This document shows, one piece after another, positions 29,705-44,954 of a stretch of DNA of 64,000 nucleotides. Origin of the DNA: Eledone cirrhosa (lineage: Eukaryota); assembly GCA_964016885.1 (NCBI GenBank), contig OZ024760.1, positions 21,576,001 to 21,640,000 of the forward strand. The letters run 5' to 3'. The translations under genes were made by a program, and so were the position numbers. Every line of letters begins with the position of its first letter. Positions within the stretch are counted from its first letter, which is position 1. Under the pieces are notes generated by a model. The model made no database searches and was not told the origin of the DNA. It was given only the letters and a program-made list of their open reading frames with translations.

Positions 29705-30213
29705 CATATATATATACATATATATATACATATATATATATATACATATATATATATACATATATATATATACATATACATATATATATATACATATATA
29801 TATATACATATATATATATACATATATATATATATACATATATATATATACATATATATATATACATATATATATATACATATATATATACATATATATA
29901 TATACATATATATATATACATATATATATATACATATATATATACATATATATATATACATATATATATATACATATATATATACATATATATATACATA
30001 TATATATACACATATATATATACATATATATATATACATATATATATATACATATACATATATACATATATATATATACATATACATATATATACATATA
30101 CATATATATATACATATATATATACACATATATATATACATATATATATACATATATATATACATATATATATACACATATATATATACATATATATACA
30201 TATATATATATAC

Positions 30214-30320
<107 letters not shown>

Positions 30321-30325
30321 CATAC

Positions 30326-30415
<90 letters not shown>

Positions 30416-30679
30416 GATTATTTAATATAGAAATGGTTCCTACAGGACTAGAACTGTTTCATTTTTGATTGCAGCATGTGTTTAATATACTAACTTGTTA
30501 GTGTTTGTGTGTGTGTATGTCTGTGTCTGAGTGTGTATGTGTGTGTCTGAGTGTGTGCATGCGTGTGTGTGTTACAAACAAAAGAAGGGATATAATCAGC
30601 TAACCCAAATGATTATGACTTATGAATGATTAAACTGTGTAATAAATGAAACAGAAATTAGAATCGATGGTATGGCTAA

Positions 30680-30730
<51 letters not shown>

Positions 30731-30852
30731 AGTATATATATGTATATATATATGTATATATATATATGTGTATATATATATGTATATATATGTATATATA
30801 TATATGTATATATGTATATATATATATATGTATATATATATGTATATATATG

Positions 30853-30939
<87 letters not shown>

Positions 30940-31078
30940 GCATATATATATGTATATATATATGTATATGTATATATATGTATATATATATATATGCATA
31001 TATATATATGTATATATATATGTATATATATATATGCATATATATATATGTATATATATATATGCATATATATATATG

Positions 31079-31123
<45 letters not shown>

Positions 31124-31124
31124 G

Positions 31125-31171
<47 letters not shown>

Positions 31172-31253
31172 GTATATATATATATATGTATATATATATA
31201 TGTATATATATATATGTATATATATATATGTATGTATATATATATATATATGC

Positions 31254-31303
<50 letters not shown>

Positions 31304-31316
31304 GTATATATATATG

Positions 31317-31349
<33 letters not shown>

Positions 31350-31388
31350 GTATATATATATGTATATATATATATGTATATATATATG

Positions 31389-31421
<33 letters not shown>

Positions 31422-31500
31422 GTATATATATATGTATATATATATGTATATATATATATGTATATATATATATATGTATATATATATATGTATATATATG

Positions 31501-31547
<47 letters not shown>

Positions 31548-31568
31548 GTATATATATATATGTATATG

Positions 31569-31648
<80 letters not shown>

Positions 31649-31680
31649 TACATACATATATATATAAATATACATATATA

Positions 31681-31724
<44 letters not shown>

Positions 31725-31932
31725 TATATATATATAAATACATATACATATATATTTATACATATATATATATATATATATACATATATATATAGTATAT
31801 AAATCTATGAATCGATGGATCTTTTCGAAAGAAAGATGGAGATGGAAATGGAGATGGTGGGGATGGGATGAAAATGAAAGAAGAGTTGAACTTAATTAAT
31901 TACAAATCAAAGTTAATAATAATATCATTAGC

Positions 31933-31974
<42 letters not shown>

Positions 31975-32381
31975 GATAATTGTAATAATAGTGATAATAA
32001 TATTGAGAATAATGAGGAAGAGAAGGAAGAGGTAAAAAGACAAATTAACTTAATAATTAATTATACTAAATCCTCTTTATTCAATAAATAAGGAGTCCCA
32101 GATACAGCGGAACGAAAAAAATAGGTTTAAAAAAAAAAACGAAAAAAAAAAACAAAGAAAAAAAAATCAAAATCAAATAATAGAAACACTTTACGATCTG
32201 TCTGTTGTTGTTATTAATGTTGTTGTTGTTGTTGTTGTTGCTGTTGTTGTTAATGTTGTCATCACTGTATGACTTTTGCTATCATTAATATTAATCTTAT
32301 TATTGTTGTTATCATTGTTATTAAAATCATCATCATCATCATCATACCATGTAGGGTCATATTTGTATCACCTTTGTATTA

Positions 32382-32413
<32 letters not shown>

Positions 32414-32615
32414 TTTATCATTATTATTATATTTATTACCACTACTTTTATCAATTTGCTCATTATTATTATTATTAAATATATATTAATATTTATTTTA
32501 TTTGCTTTACTTTCACCTCCTGTACTAATTACTTATAAGACTATCATTAATTCCAGCTTATTATTATTATTATTTGCTTAGAAATGTAGAAAATCTCGAA
32601 GGCCGGAAAATAGCT

Positions 32616-33941
32616 GTGGACACAGCTTAGAAAATTGGGTAAAATACACCTATACATAATTTACTCAGGTATGGACACAGCTTAGAAAATTGGGTAAAAT
32701 ACACCTATACATAATTTACTCAGGTATGGACACAGCTTAGAAAATTGGGTAAAATACACCTATACATAATTTACTCAGGTGTGGACACAGCTTAGAAAAT
32801 TGGGTAAAATACCCCTATATATGGTTTAATAAGGTGGGGACAAAGCTTACAAAATTGGATAAAATACACCTATACATAATTTACTCAGGTGTGGCCACAG
32901 CTTAGAAAATTGGGTAAAATACTCCTATACATAATTTACTCAGGTGTGGACACAGCTTAGAAAATTGGGTAAAATACTCCTATACATAATTTACTCAGGT
33001 GTGGACACAGCTTAGAAAATTGGGTAAAATACTCCTATACATAATTTACTCAGGTGTGGACACAGCTTAGAAAATTGGGTAAAATACTCCTATACATAAT
33101 TTACTCAGGTGTGGACACAGCTTAGAAAATCGGGTAAAATACCCCTATATATGGTTTACTAAGGTGTAGACACAGCTTAGTAAATTGGGTAAAATACCCC
33201 TATATATGGTTTACTAAGGTGTGGACACAGCTTAGTAAATTGGGTAAAATACCCCTATATATGGTTTACTAAGGTGTGGACACAGCTTAGTAAATTGGAT
33301 AAAATACCCCTATATATGGTTTACTAAGGTGTGGACACAGCTTAGTAAATTGGTTAAAATACCCCTATATATGGTTTACTAAGGTGTGGACACAGCTTAG
33401 TAAATTGGATAAAATACCCCTATATATGGTTTACTAAGGTGTGGACACAGCTTAGTAAATTGGTTAAAATACCCCTATATATGGTTTACTAAGGTGTGGA
33501 CACAGCTTAGTAAATTGGATAAAATACCCCTATATATGGTTTACTAAGGTGTGGACACAGCTTAGTAAATTGGGTAAAATACCCCTATATATGGTTTACC
33601 AAGGTGTGGACACAGCTTAGTAAATTGGGTAAAATACCCCTATATATGGTTTACCAAGGTGTGGACACAGCTTAGTAAATTGGGTAAAATACCCCTATAT
33701 ATGGTTTACCAAGGCGGGGACACAGCTTAGAAAATCGGGTAAAATATCCTTATATGATTTACTAAGGTGTGGACACAGTTTAGTAAATTGGGGAAAATAC
33801 CCCCATATATGGTTTACTAAGGTGTGGATACAGCTTAGTAAATTGGGTAAAATACCCCTACACATAATTTACTCAGGTGTGGATACAGCTTAGAATACCG
33901 GGTAAAATATCCCTATATATAATTTACTAAGGTATAGACAC
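32616..33941. repeat. 55-bp minisatellite, ~24 copies
   Basis: Unit gtggacacagcttagaaaattgggtaaaatacacctatacataatttactcaggt; period 55 (32616, 32671...). Confidence 0.95.
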
Positions 33942-34438
33942 TGCTATTTCCTGTGATTGAGATTTTCTACATTCCTAAGCATTTCAACTCATTTAACGCT
34001 CCAACATTTATTTACAATTATTATATTGTCATTGTTGCTGTTGTTGTTATTATTATTATTATTACTATTATTATTATTATTATTACCATTAATTATTTTT
34101 TTTTTTTGCCTATTGTGAGTACTATCGCGATTACTATGTAACAAATTATAAATATTAATTTGGGCTAACAATCCTTGTTACTGCTTCAAATGTTATCACT
34201 ACAACAACTACTACTACTACTACTACAACTACAACAACTACTGCTACTACTACTACTACTATTACTTGTATTGCTGTAGTTATTTCTAATTGTTGTTGTT
34301 TGAATCACATACCTTATATTATTGAAGTAGAGAGTCTTTTATTGTGTGGTGCCTTTAATGAAATGTGACACTCCTTAGATTTACTGTGAACATTATAGTA
34401 GTGGTGGTGGTGGTAGTGGTACATAACATACATACTTA

Positions 34439-34483
<45 letters not shown>

Positions 34484-34795
34484 GATTTCTATCTGATTAA
34501 CGATATGAAACGTTTCTGTTAGAATTGTCTAACTTCCTGAAACCTTAGGTAATGGAATAATTATATTGTGTTGTTTATTATGTAGAGCACTCTTCTTTCC
34601 TTTACATTTTGTATGGAAATACTTAACATATATATCATCATCATCATCATCATCATCGTTTAACGTCCATGTTCCACGCTTGCATGGGTTTGGACGGGGG
34701 TTTTCCCACTTGAGGCAAGAGTGGTTGTCTTGCTCGCATAGGACTATATATATAATAAATAAGAGAGACGGTTTTATTCATCCATCTCTATTTTG

Positions 34796-34865
34796 TTCAT
34801 TATACGTATTTCAAAGATGTAAGGTAGTTATACAATATCTACGTTACATGTTCTCTTCAGACAAA
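34796..34865 (-). ncRNA. type I hammerhead motif within inverted repeat 34751-35103
   Basis: tttgt CTGAAGA gaacatgtaa..ttacatcttt GAAA t acgt ATA atgaa; palindromic TACGTA; the opposite arm has a decayed core. Confidence 0.62.
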
Positions 34866-35768
34866 TATACAAACAAAATGTAATTTTTATTGATATGCTA
34901 CCAGTCGGATATGTTATTCACCTCGCTGATCAGTACATATATGTGTACTGGACACATATCAATCAAAATTACATCTCGTTTGTATGTTTGTCTCAATATA
35001 ATGTTTAGAGAAGTAGGTGTATAACTACTGTACATCTTTGAAATACGTATAACAAACAATAAAATAGGGATGTACAAATAAAACCATCTCTCTTATTTAT
35101 TATACTTATTATTTATTATACTTATTATTTATTATCAGATTGTAAAAGGACGTAATCCTATGACATATCATATGTTGTCTGGTGCTCTACTGATTCTGCC
35201 AATCCACCACCATTGTTATAATTATTATTAAAATCTTTTATAGCATGTTAGATTTCTCTGTATGTACACTTATGATATATGGAATTTTCTGTGTATATGG
35301 AATAGTTTTTTTCTTTCGCTAATTTATTTGACCTGAACTTCTAGTTCTTTCTTGTTTGATTTGTAGTTTTTTTTTAGTTATTTGTTTTGTCAGTATTATG
35401 CCATCTATCTTGTTAATTCTACGCACACATGCATACACATACACACACACACCTCTCTCTCTGCTAGGACCTCGAAGACTGAACTCCAGCCGTTTCGAGA
35501 GCTAGATTCAAACTAACTGTCAAAATGGCCGCAGCTCAGCCGTCGGAGTCCTGAATCTTTTCATATTACCCACTCTACTACCCCAAGTATTGAGTACTCT
35601 GGTGGGTTATGGTCCACCTCGTATCATACCACACCCTCTCTGCTCTCTCTCTCTCTCTATATATATATATACATATATTTATATGTGTGTGTGTAGCCCG
35701 GGTTCAATAGGGGGTAACCATAGTAAGTAAGGTACTCAATACATGGCAGAGTATTAGTCATAGAGAAA

Positions 35769-35827
<59 letters not shown>

Positions 35828-36597
35828 TAGATATATATACATATATTTATACATATATATATACATATATTTATACATATATTTATACATTTATACATAT
35901 ATTTATACATATATATACATATATACATATATATACATACATATATACACATACATATATACATATATATACATACATACATATATATATACATATATAT
36001 ATATATACATATATACATATACATATATACATATATATACATACATATATATATATATACATATATACATATACATATATACATATATATACATACATAT
36101 ATACATATATATACATACATATATACATATATATACATACATATATACATATATATACATACATATATACATATATATACATACATATATACATATATAT
36201 ACATACATACATATATATATACATATATACATATATATATACATATATACATATATATACATACATATATACATACATATATACATATATATACATACAT
36301 ATATACATATATATACATATATATATACATACATATATATATACATACATATATACATACATATATACATACATATATACATACATATATACATACATAT
36401 GTATATATATGGAAAGATTCAGGAGCCCGACAGCTGAGCTCTGACCATTTCGACAACTAGATCTGAACTAGTTGTCAAAACGGTTGGAGCTCAGCCATCG
36501 GGCTCCTGACTCTTTTCCTATTACCCACTCTACTACCTCAAGTATTGAGTACTCTGGGGGGTTATGGTCCACCTGGTATCATACCACACTCTCTCTG

Positions 36598-36628
<31 letters not shown>

Positions 36629-36813
36629 CATATATTTATATGTGTGTGTGTATAGCCCGGGTTCAATAGGGGGTAACCATAGTAAGTAAGGTACTCAATA
36701 CATGGTAGAGTATAAATATTTTATATAGAAATTGCTTCTACAGGACTAGAACTGTTTCATTCAAAGGAAATCATCAGGAAATATATGTATATATATATGT
36801 ATATATATATATA

Positions 36814-37127
36814 TATAGAGAAAATTGAGGTTGGTAATGGCACATGGAATATATAAGAGACAGAATACTTTTTTGTGAAAATACATAATTTTATAAGGTA
36901 AGGAAATAATAAAGGGTATAAAAAATGACCGGTTTCGATGGGTCTGCAAATTTTTCTTAATATTAATCAACATTTGAAAAGATGGCTTTTGCAGACCCAT
37001 CGAAACCGGTCATCATTTTTTATACCCTTTATTATTTCCTTACCTTATAAAATTATGTTTTTTCACAAAAAAGTATTCTGTCTCTTATATATTCCATGTG
37101 CCATTACCAACCTCAATTTTCTCTATA
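36814..37127. repeat. ~140-bp-arm near-perfect inverted repeat with a U3-A8 hammerhead core
   Basis: 36972-37013 (+): at TTGAAAA gatgg..ccatc GAAA ccg GTC at; stem I is weak. Confidence 0.8.
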
Positions 37128-37155
37128 ACCTTCGTTTTGTGTAGAAAATTACACT

Positions 37156-37198
<43 letters not shown>

Positions 37199-37531
37199 CA
37201 TACTCACACACACATTTGAAGCTAACTCTTTATAGCTGTGTCACCTCCACTTGCATCAGATGTATTTAATAAAATCAAAATTCTCTGTTTCATATGTTTT
37301 GCCACCTTTTAATTGCAATATTATTATTATTATTATCATTATTATCATTATTAACAACAATTTTTATTATTATTTTAACATTATAACTACTACCATTAAT
37401 ACTACAACCATTATAACAACTATTATTATTTTTAAATTATTATTATTATGGTAGTTTTTTTTACAAAGAGACGACTAACTTTGGCTCTAAACCTTTTTTT
37501 ATACTACTGTCACTATCAATTACTATCATCA

Positions 37532-37564
<33 letters not shown>

Positions 37565-37859
37565 GATTATTATTATCTCCCTTTATTTTACTTTTTTTCG
37601 TCTTTTATGATTTTTTGTTTGTTTGTTTCAATGTTTTCACAATTTGTTTTGTTGTTATAGGTTTGTTTGTTTGTCTGTTTGATTGTTATTTTTTTTTTTT
37701 ACATTTTTCATTATTATTATTTTTTTTCTTTTAATCTTTTTTTCTTTTTTTTTTTTTAAATTTAAAAATTCTTTTTTTTTTTTTTTTTTTAAAGTTTTCT
37801 ATTCCCCTTTCTTTCGATGATGGTATATTGAACTAGGATGAGCGCAAAATGTTTCTTAC

Positions 37860-38065
37860 CTACTGAACAAATCTTTTAACTCTTGTTCAGACGAAAACTG
37901 TCCTAAGTTTGCAACAAACAATGTAGAACATGGAGCGTTGGGTTGGCTAGCTGTAGTGTTATTGGTTCCCACTGGACTAGTCAATATTGGTGTGGCTGCA
38001 ATTTGTGGATGTGGCACAGTTGCCTGTACTGTAGATGGGTGCGCTATCATTGATGTGGGATGGAT
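37860..38065 (-). CDS. cpo: cpo-like exon C (linker plus start of RRM2)
   Basis: ttccag|ATC...AGT AG|gtaaga. 206 nt, IHPTSMIAHP...NAPCSTLFVANLGQFSSEQELKDLFS; LFVANL is RNP2. Phase 0 in, phase 2 out. Confidence 0.95.
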
Positions 38066-38147
38066 CTGGAAAAAGTGAAAGAAAAACAAGATGAAACAAC
38101 AAAAATATACATATAACAAAAAAACAAAAATTAATAATAATTTTAAG

Positions 38148-40950
38148 GATTTCTACTATAGGCACAAGGTCAGCAATTTTGGGGGAGGGCAAAGTTGATT
38201 AAATCAACCCCAGTGCATTACTGGTACTTTATTTTATCAACCCCCATAAGGATGAAAGTCAAAGCTAACCTCAGTGGGATTTGAATTCAGAATGTAAAGG
38301 GCTGTAACTCTATGCCACAAAGCATGTTAGTGTAATAATAATATTAAGGATTTCTACTATAGGCACAAGGTCAGCAATTTTGGGGGAGGGCAAAGTCGAT
38401 TAAATCAACCCCAGTGCATTACTGGTACTTTATTTTATCAACCCCCCATAAAGATGAAAGTCAAAGCTAACCTCAGTGGGATTTGAATTCAGAATGTAAA
38501 GGGACGTAACTTTATGCCACAAAGCATGTTGTCCGTCGCTCTACTAATACTGCCAATCCACTGCCCTTAAGATATGAGCTTCTGATTTAGGCACAAGGCC
38601 AACAATTTTGGGGAAGGTGAAAATTGATTGAATTGACTCCAGTGAATTACTGGTACTTTATTAGCCCTGCGAGGATGAAAGGCAAAACTAATCTCAGTGG
38701 GATTTGAACTCAGAACATAAAGAGCCAGAAAAAATACTGCTAAGCATTTGGCTGATGCTCTGGCGACTGCCATGATGACAATAATAATAATAAATGAACA
38801 AACATTGTTGTCTCTGATTGAGATGAAGCGAGAGTGTATTTGAATTCCTATAAATATGAGAAAACTCATTGCTAGAACAGCCGTTAAAATATCCAGATGC
38901 CTTCAATGGCAAAAATGCCTCTGAAGACAGAGGCCAGCAACCAGTGGTCAACAGAGACACTATCCATGAAGTGGTTGATCGACAGATGACCTATATAAAT
39001 GATGGAGAAATAAGGAGGACAAGAAGAAATGTGTTGGTATGTAGAGGTGACTTAGTGCCAACACACATCTCCTTGTCCTCCTGCTCTCTCAGTCGTTTCT
39101 ATACTTCATCTGCCTCTCACTCATCTTGTGGATTGTCTCTTGTTTGAGCACTGTACACTGGTCTCTGTCCTATGAGGCTTTTTTGCTCATCACTGTCATT
39201 GACAACATTTAGGTATTTAAAAAAAAAAAATGGCTGTTCTAGCAATGCGTTTTCTCATTTTTATATAAAATAATAATTGTTTCTACTTTTGGCACAAGGC
39301 CAGCCATTACTCCAGTGTATTACTGGTACTTTATTTTATCGACCCCGTAAGGATGAAAGGCAAAGTTAACCTCGGCGGGATTTGAACTCAGAATGGCAAG
39401 GCCCATAACTCAATGCGTCAAAGCATGGCATCTGACCCTCTACTGATACTGCCAATCCACCGCCCTATTTATATAAAATAATAATTGTTTCTACTATTGG
39501 CACAAGGCCAGCAATTACCCAGTACATTACTGGTACTTTATTTTATCGACCCCGTAAGGATGAAAGGCAAAGTTAACCTTGGCGGGATTTGAACTCAGAA
39601 TGGCAAGGGCCATAACTCTATGCGTCAAAGCATGGCATCCGATCCTCTACCGATACTGCCAATAAATAATAATAATAACTACAACAATAATAACAATAAT
39701 GGTGAAAGATTATACAACCCTAGCACAGAAATATAAATAAATATATATATATATATATATATTCAGTATTGATGGTTGTGAGAATGAGTACTCAATACCC
39801 TAGAAGATATATTTTCTTTATTAAGGTCAAGTTTGAATCTTGTTACCCAGGAGTTGCTCCTGTGTACTCTCAGGGTCGGAAGACAAGCCTTGTTTGGTGA
39901 CCCTGTCTGATGTCCCTGTGTACTCACAGGGTTATAAGACAAGGCTCTCTATGGTGACCCTGTCTGGTGACCCTGTGAATTCATAATTCTCTCTAGCATT
40001 CGTTTACTTTCTATATTTCTGTTATTTTATCACCTTACCTCTCTAATTGCTCTCATCCATTGTAGAGCACTAGTTTCTTTCCACCTCTCTTTTACTAGAG
40101 AGTTCTTCCTTTCATACTCTTTTTTCCCCTCTTCTTTTTGCATCAAAGGTTGTCTCTCTCACTTGCTATTGCTTTTTTTCTTTTCCTCTCTTTCACTTTC
40201 ATTCTCTCTCTCTCCCCCTCTTTCACCCCTCTTTTCAATACTTTCTTTCTCTTGCTTTCATTTCTCAAAGCAGAGCCACTGCTTTCTCATATCATGACAT
40301 CACACACACACACACACACACGCACATCAAGTAATTATATATAACTGAGAAAAGAACACCAAAAAAATGATCCGGGTTAATCAATGACATTGTTACCAGT
40401 ATATGACTGGTACTTCATTTATTGGTCCCAGAAGGATAAAAGGCAAAGCTGACCTCAGTGGGATTTGAACTCACAACATAAAAGGCCAATAATAGCTAAA
40501 TACGGCCAAACGTTTTGTCTGATGCTCTACCGATTCTGACACCCCACTGACCTTCATGCAATAATAATGATGCTAATAATAATAATAATAATAATAATAA
40601 TGATTTCTACTTTGGGCACAAGGCCAGCAATTTTAGGAGAGAGGAAAGTTGATTAAATCGACCCCAGTACATTACTGGTACTTTGTTTTATTGACCCTGT
40701 AAGGATGAAAGGCAAAGCTAACCTTGGCAGGATTTGAACTCAGAATGTAAAGGGACGTAACTCTATGCCACAAACCATGGTGTCTGATGCTCTACGATAC
40801 TGCCAATTCTTAATAATAATAATGTTTCTACTTTTGGCACAAGGCCAGCAATTATCCCAGTGCATTATTGGTACTTTATTTTATCGATCCCGTAAGGATG
40901 AAAGGCAAAGTTAACCTCAGTGGATTTGAACTCACAACGTAAAGGGCCAT
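38148..40950 (-). mobile_element. SINE cluster (~8 copies, including tandem duplicates)
   Basis: Copies near 38148, 38347, 38577, 39275, 39483, 40375, 40600, 40823. Confidence 0.85.
38858..39260. mobile_element. MITE-like element; related copy 59157-59360
   Basis: Terminal inverted repeats tgagaaaactcattgctagaacagcc / ggctgttctagcaatgcgttttctca. Confidence 0.65.
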
Positions 40951-41084
40951 CCTCGCAAATGACAATATATTTACCAAGGAAATGGAGAAAGCATCCAAAT
41001 ATAAAGATCTAGAGATAGAAATAAACCCAAATGTGGATGATGGAAACAGAATAGTGATAGCTGTTCTGGCAATGATATCGCAGA

Positions 41085-42333
41085 CAGTGCTGGTGCTAAG
41101 ATAAAATACACCCAGTACACTCTGTAAAGTGTTAGTGTTGGTGCTAAGATAAAATACACCCAATACACTCAGTAAAGTGTTAGTGCTGGTGCTAAGATAA
41201 AATACATCCAGTACACTCTGTAAAGTGTTAGTGCTAAGTTAAAATACAACCAGTACACTCTGTAAAGTGTTAGTGCTAAGATAAAATACACCCAGTACAC
41301 TCTGTAAAGTGTTAGTGCTAAGATAAAATACATCCAGTACACTCAGTAAAGTGTTAGTGCTAAGATAAAATACACCCAGTACACCCAGTAAAGTGTTAGT
41401 GCTGGTGCTAAGATAAAATACATCCAGTACACTCTGTAAAGTGTTAGTGCTGGTGCTAAGATAAAATACACCCAGTACACCCAGTAAAGTGTTAGTGCTG
41501 GTGCTAGATAAAATACATCCAGTACACTCTGTAAAGTGTTAGTGCTGGTGCTAAGATAAAATACACCCAGTACACTCAGTAAAGTGCTAATGCTAAGATC
41601 AAATACACCCAGTACACCCAGTAAAGTGTTAGTGCTGGTGCTAAGATAAAATACATCCAGTACACTCTGTAAAGTGTTAGTGCTGGTGCTAAGATAAAAT
41701 ACATCCAGTACACTCTGTAAAGTGTTAGTGCTGGTGCTAAGATAAAATACATCCAGTACACTCTGTAAAGTGTTAGTGCTGGTGCTAAGATAAAATACAT
41801 CCAGTACACTCTGTAAAGTGTTAGTGCTGGTGCTAAGATAAAATACATCCAGTACACTCTGTAAAGTGTTAGTGCTGGTGCTAAGATAAAATACATCCAG
41901 TACACTCTGTAAAGTGTTAGTGCTTGTGCTAAGATAAAATACATTCAGTACACCCTGTAAAGTGTTAGTGCTTGTGCTAAGATAAAATACATCCAGTACA
42001 CTCTGTAAAGTGTTAGTGCTTGTGCTAAGATAAAATACATCCAGTACACTCTGTAAAGTGTTAGTGCTTGTGTTAAGATAAAATACATCCAGTACACTCT
42101 GTAAAGTGTTAGTGCTGGTGCTAAGATAAAATACATCCAGTACACTCTGTAAAGTGCTTGTGCTAAGATAAAATACATTCAGTACACTCTGTAAAGTGTT
42201 AGTGCTGGTGCTAAGATAAAATACACCCAGTACACTCTGTAAAGTGCTTGTGCTAAGATAAAATACATTCAGTACACTCTGTAAAGTGTTAGTGCTGGTG
42301 CTAAGATAAAATACACCCAGTACACTCTGTAAA
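41085..42333. repeat. 48-bp minisatellite with 42-bp variant units
   Basis: Unit gtgctggtgctaagataaaatacatccagtacactctgtaaagtgtta; explains the 16-aa periodic ORF 41343-42440. Confidence 0.95.
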
Positions 42334-42894
42334 GAGGTTTGTATTGTGGGACGGGCATCTGCCCATAGAAGCTTTGCTAAAAATTGAATGTATGTGTGAA
42401 ATGTGATCCCTTGATCTAAATAGGGGGGCAGTAACTCCACTGAGGACTCACCTCATCCAACCCAGACCAACATAGAATAAACAATGTAAAAATTGATGAT
42501 GGTGGTGGTGATGATAATGATGATGAAGAACAAAATTAAAAATTACAAATCCCCTCTCCAAGTCTGAAGAGAGAGAGAGAGAGAGGGGGGGGAGGGGAGT
42601 CAGAGGGAGAGAATTGATCCCCCATGACAGGACTGGTACTATTATTTTTTATTGGACCTTGAAAGGTAAAGTTGACTTTGGTGGGATTTGAACTCAGAGA
42701 ATACCAGAATGAAGCAAATCATTCTATCCAATGTTCTCACGTCTCTGCCAGCCCATTGCCTTTTTAAAACCTCTAAATACAATTAATAAAAAAAATAATA
42801 AATAAATAATACAATAAATCTTTAATAATTTCAAAGGTGGTGCCCCAGCATGGCCTCAGCGAGATGGCTGGAACAGGTAAAAGAGTAAAAGAGT

Positions 42895-43350
42895 AATTAT
42901 TTCTAGTATAGGCACAAGGCCAGTAATTTGAGGGGAGGGGAAAGTCGATTAATTCGACCCCAGTATGTTACTGGTGCTTTATTTTATTGACCCCCGTAAG
43001 GATGAAAGGCAAAGTTAACCTCAGCAGGATTTTAACTCAGACCATAAAGGGCCGTAACTCTATGCTGCAATGCATGATGTCCGACGCTCTACCGATACTG
43101 ACAATTCAATGCCATATAGATCTTTAATAATGGTTTCTTATATAGACACAAGGGAAGCAATTTTTGGGGGAGGGGAAAGTCGATTAAATCGACCCCAGTA
43201 CCTTACTGGTACTTTATTGTATCGACCCCGTAAAGATGAAAGGCAAAGTTAACCTTGGCGGGATTTGAACTCAAACTGTAAAGGGCCGTAACTCTATGCT
43301 GCAAAGCATGGTGTCTGACGCTCTACTAATACTGACAATCCATCGCCTTG
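42895..43350 (-). mobile_element. two tandem SINE copies
   Basis: Same consensus as the other SINE copies. Confidence 0.85.
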
Positions 43351-44954
43351 TCTTCTAAAACAATAAACCCCAAACATAGATAAATAAAATTTAAATCAAA
43401 ACACTTTTTCCATAATCAACCTTTTTTCTTAAATTTCTTTACTTTAAAAAATATATATTTTTATTTTATTTCTAAATTGAAATTAGATTGTATCCTACCT
43501 GATTGGGAATCATACTTCCTATGTATTTCGGATAACCTGTATCCGATAGAGAAGTGTTTATCCGATGTGTATTTTCTGGAACCAAGATTTTCTGATAATT
43601 GGGGTTTACCTGAAGTAAATATGATAAATGCAAGAAAACAAAAGTGAGAACTAGTTTTCTTCTTTTTCTTTTTTTTTTTTTTTTTTTTTTGCGTAAACAT
43701 TTTTGTACGTTTGTTGTCCCTTGTTCTTTGTTTTAAATCCATGGTACTTTTTTTCTTTTTACTTCTATTATTATTATTATTATTATTATTATTATCATTT
43801 GTAATGCTTTTGTTCTGGTAGATGTTATACGAACTCTATACCGAAAGAGCGACCCATAGCCAATGGGCCAAAGGTCCTTTCGGTTAATTATTATTATCAT
43901 TATTATTATTACTATTATTATAATTTCCTTTGATTTAGCTTTATATACAATGACTACCGAATAACAACTATCAACCAGCTACTTAGGGAAGGCATCGTTG
44001 ATTTTGACAGTTTTTCATAGATTTTTTTCTTTATTGTTAATGTCCTCACATTCATTTAAGTCACACCACAAAAATTGATAGGTAAATAAGTTTTAAAAAG
44101 AAATTGAGAAAATTAATTTTCACATTGCGGGTGAATATTACACCAGTTTCACTTTAGAGGTGAATATTACACTGGTTTCATTTTGGACGTAAAATTTGTT
44201 TTTCCTATTGATTTTTTAAAAGTGTTTTGAATAAATATGGTCTTCAAAACAGTCAGAAATTGGTAAAAAAATCAGTATATAATGGGGTTGTGAAACAAAA
44301 ACTCTACTCTAAACAATACTTAAAACATTTTAAAACTCCCCAATTGTGTTCTCCACTCATAAGAATATCAAAACTGCACCATCTAAACATAATCAGCTGT
44401 CTTGGTTTATACACAGGGTTATGATTTTTGCCACTTCTTAGACATAAAATAAAGGGTTAGCTTATATTGGAGTATATATGGTAATCTATGAAATTCTTAT
44501 TTAGGGTGCTATATTGGCAGTATCTGTAGAGTATCACACAAAATGCTTTGTTGGGTTTAGTTAAGAATTTCTAAGTTCTGAGTTCAAATCCTGCTGAGGT
44601 CAACTTTGCCTGTCATCCCTCTGGGGTCGATAAAATAAAATAAAGTACCAGTAATGCACTGGCGTTGGTATAATTGACTTAACCTTCCCCCCACCCCCCT
44701 AAAAATTGTTGGCCTTGAGCCAGTGTGGAAAAGAATTATTTATGAGATGATTGGCCCAAATGGTCAATAACAAAATTATTATTTTTGAGATGAAGTGATG
44801 GAGATGGTAATATGTTACATTCAATACATTATAGTATTTAGTTCTGATCACCTACATTCCAAGTTCAAGTTCTATTAAGGTCAATAAAACAAGTACCAGT
44901 GATGTATTAGTGTCAATTTGACTGATTGTGCTCCTCCCATACATAATCGAAGAT

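Noticed and set aside
36411-36518. Hairpin with TTGACAA..GAAATGGTC on the minus strand
   Set aside because: The putative core is sequestered in the hairpin stem and spacing does not fit a hammerhead; treated as a plain inverted repeat.
41343-42440. 365-aa ORF with a 16-aa period
   Set aside because: By-product of the 48-bp minisatellite; no splice or domain evidence.
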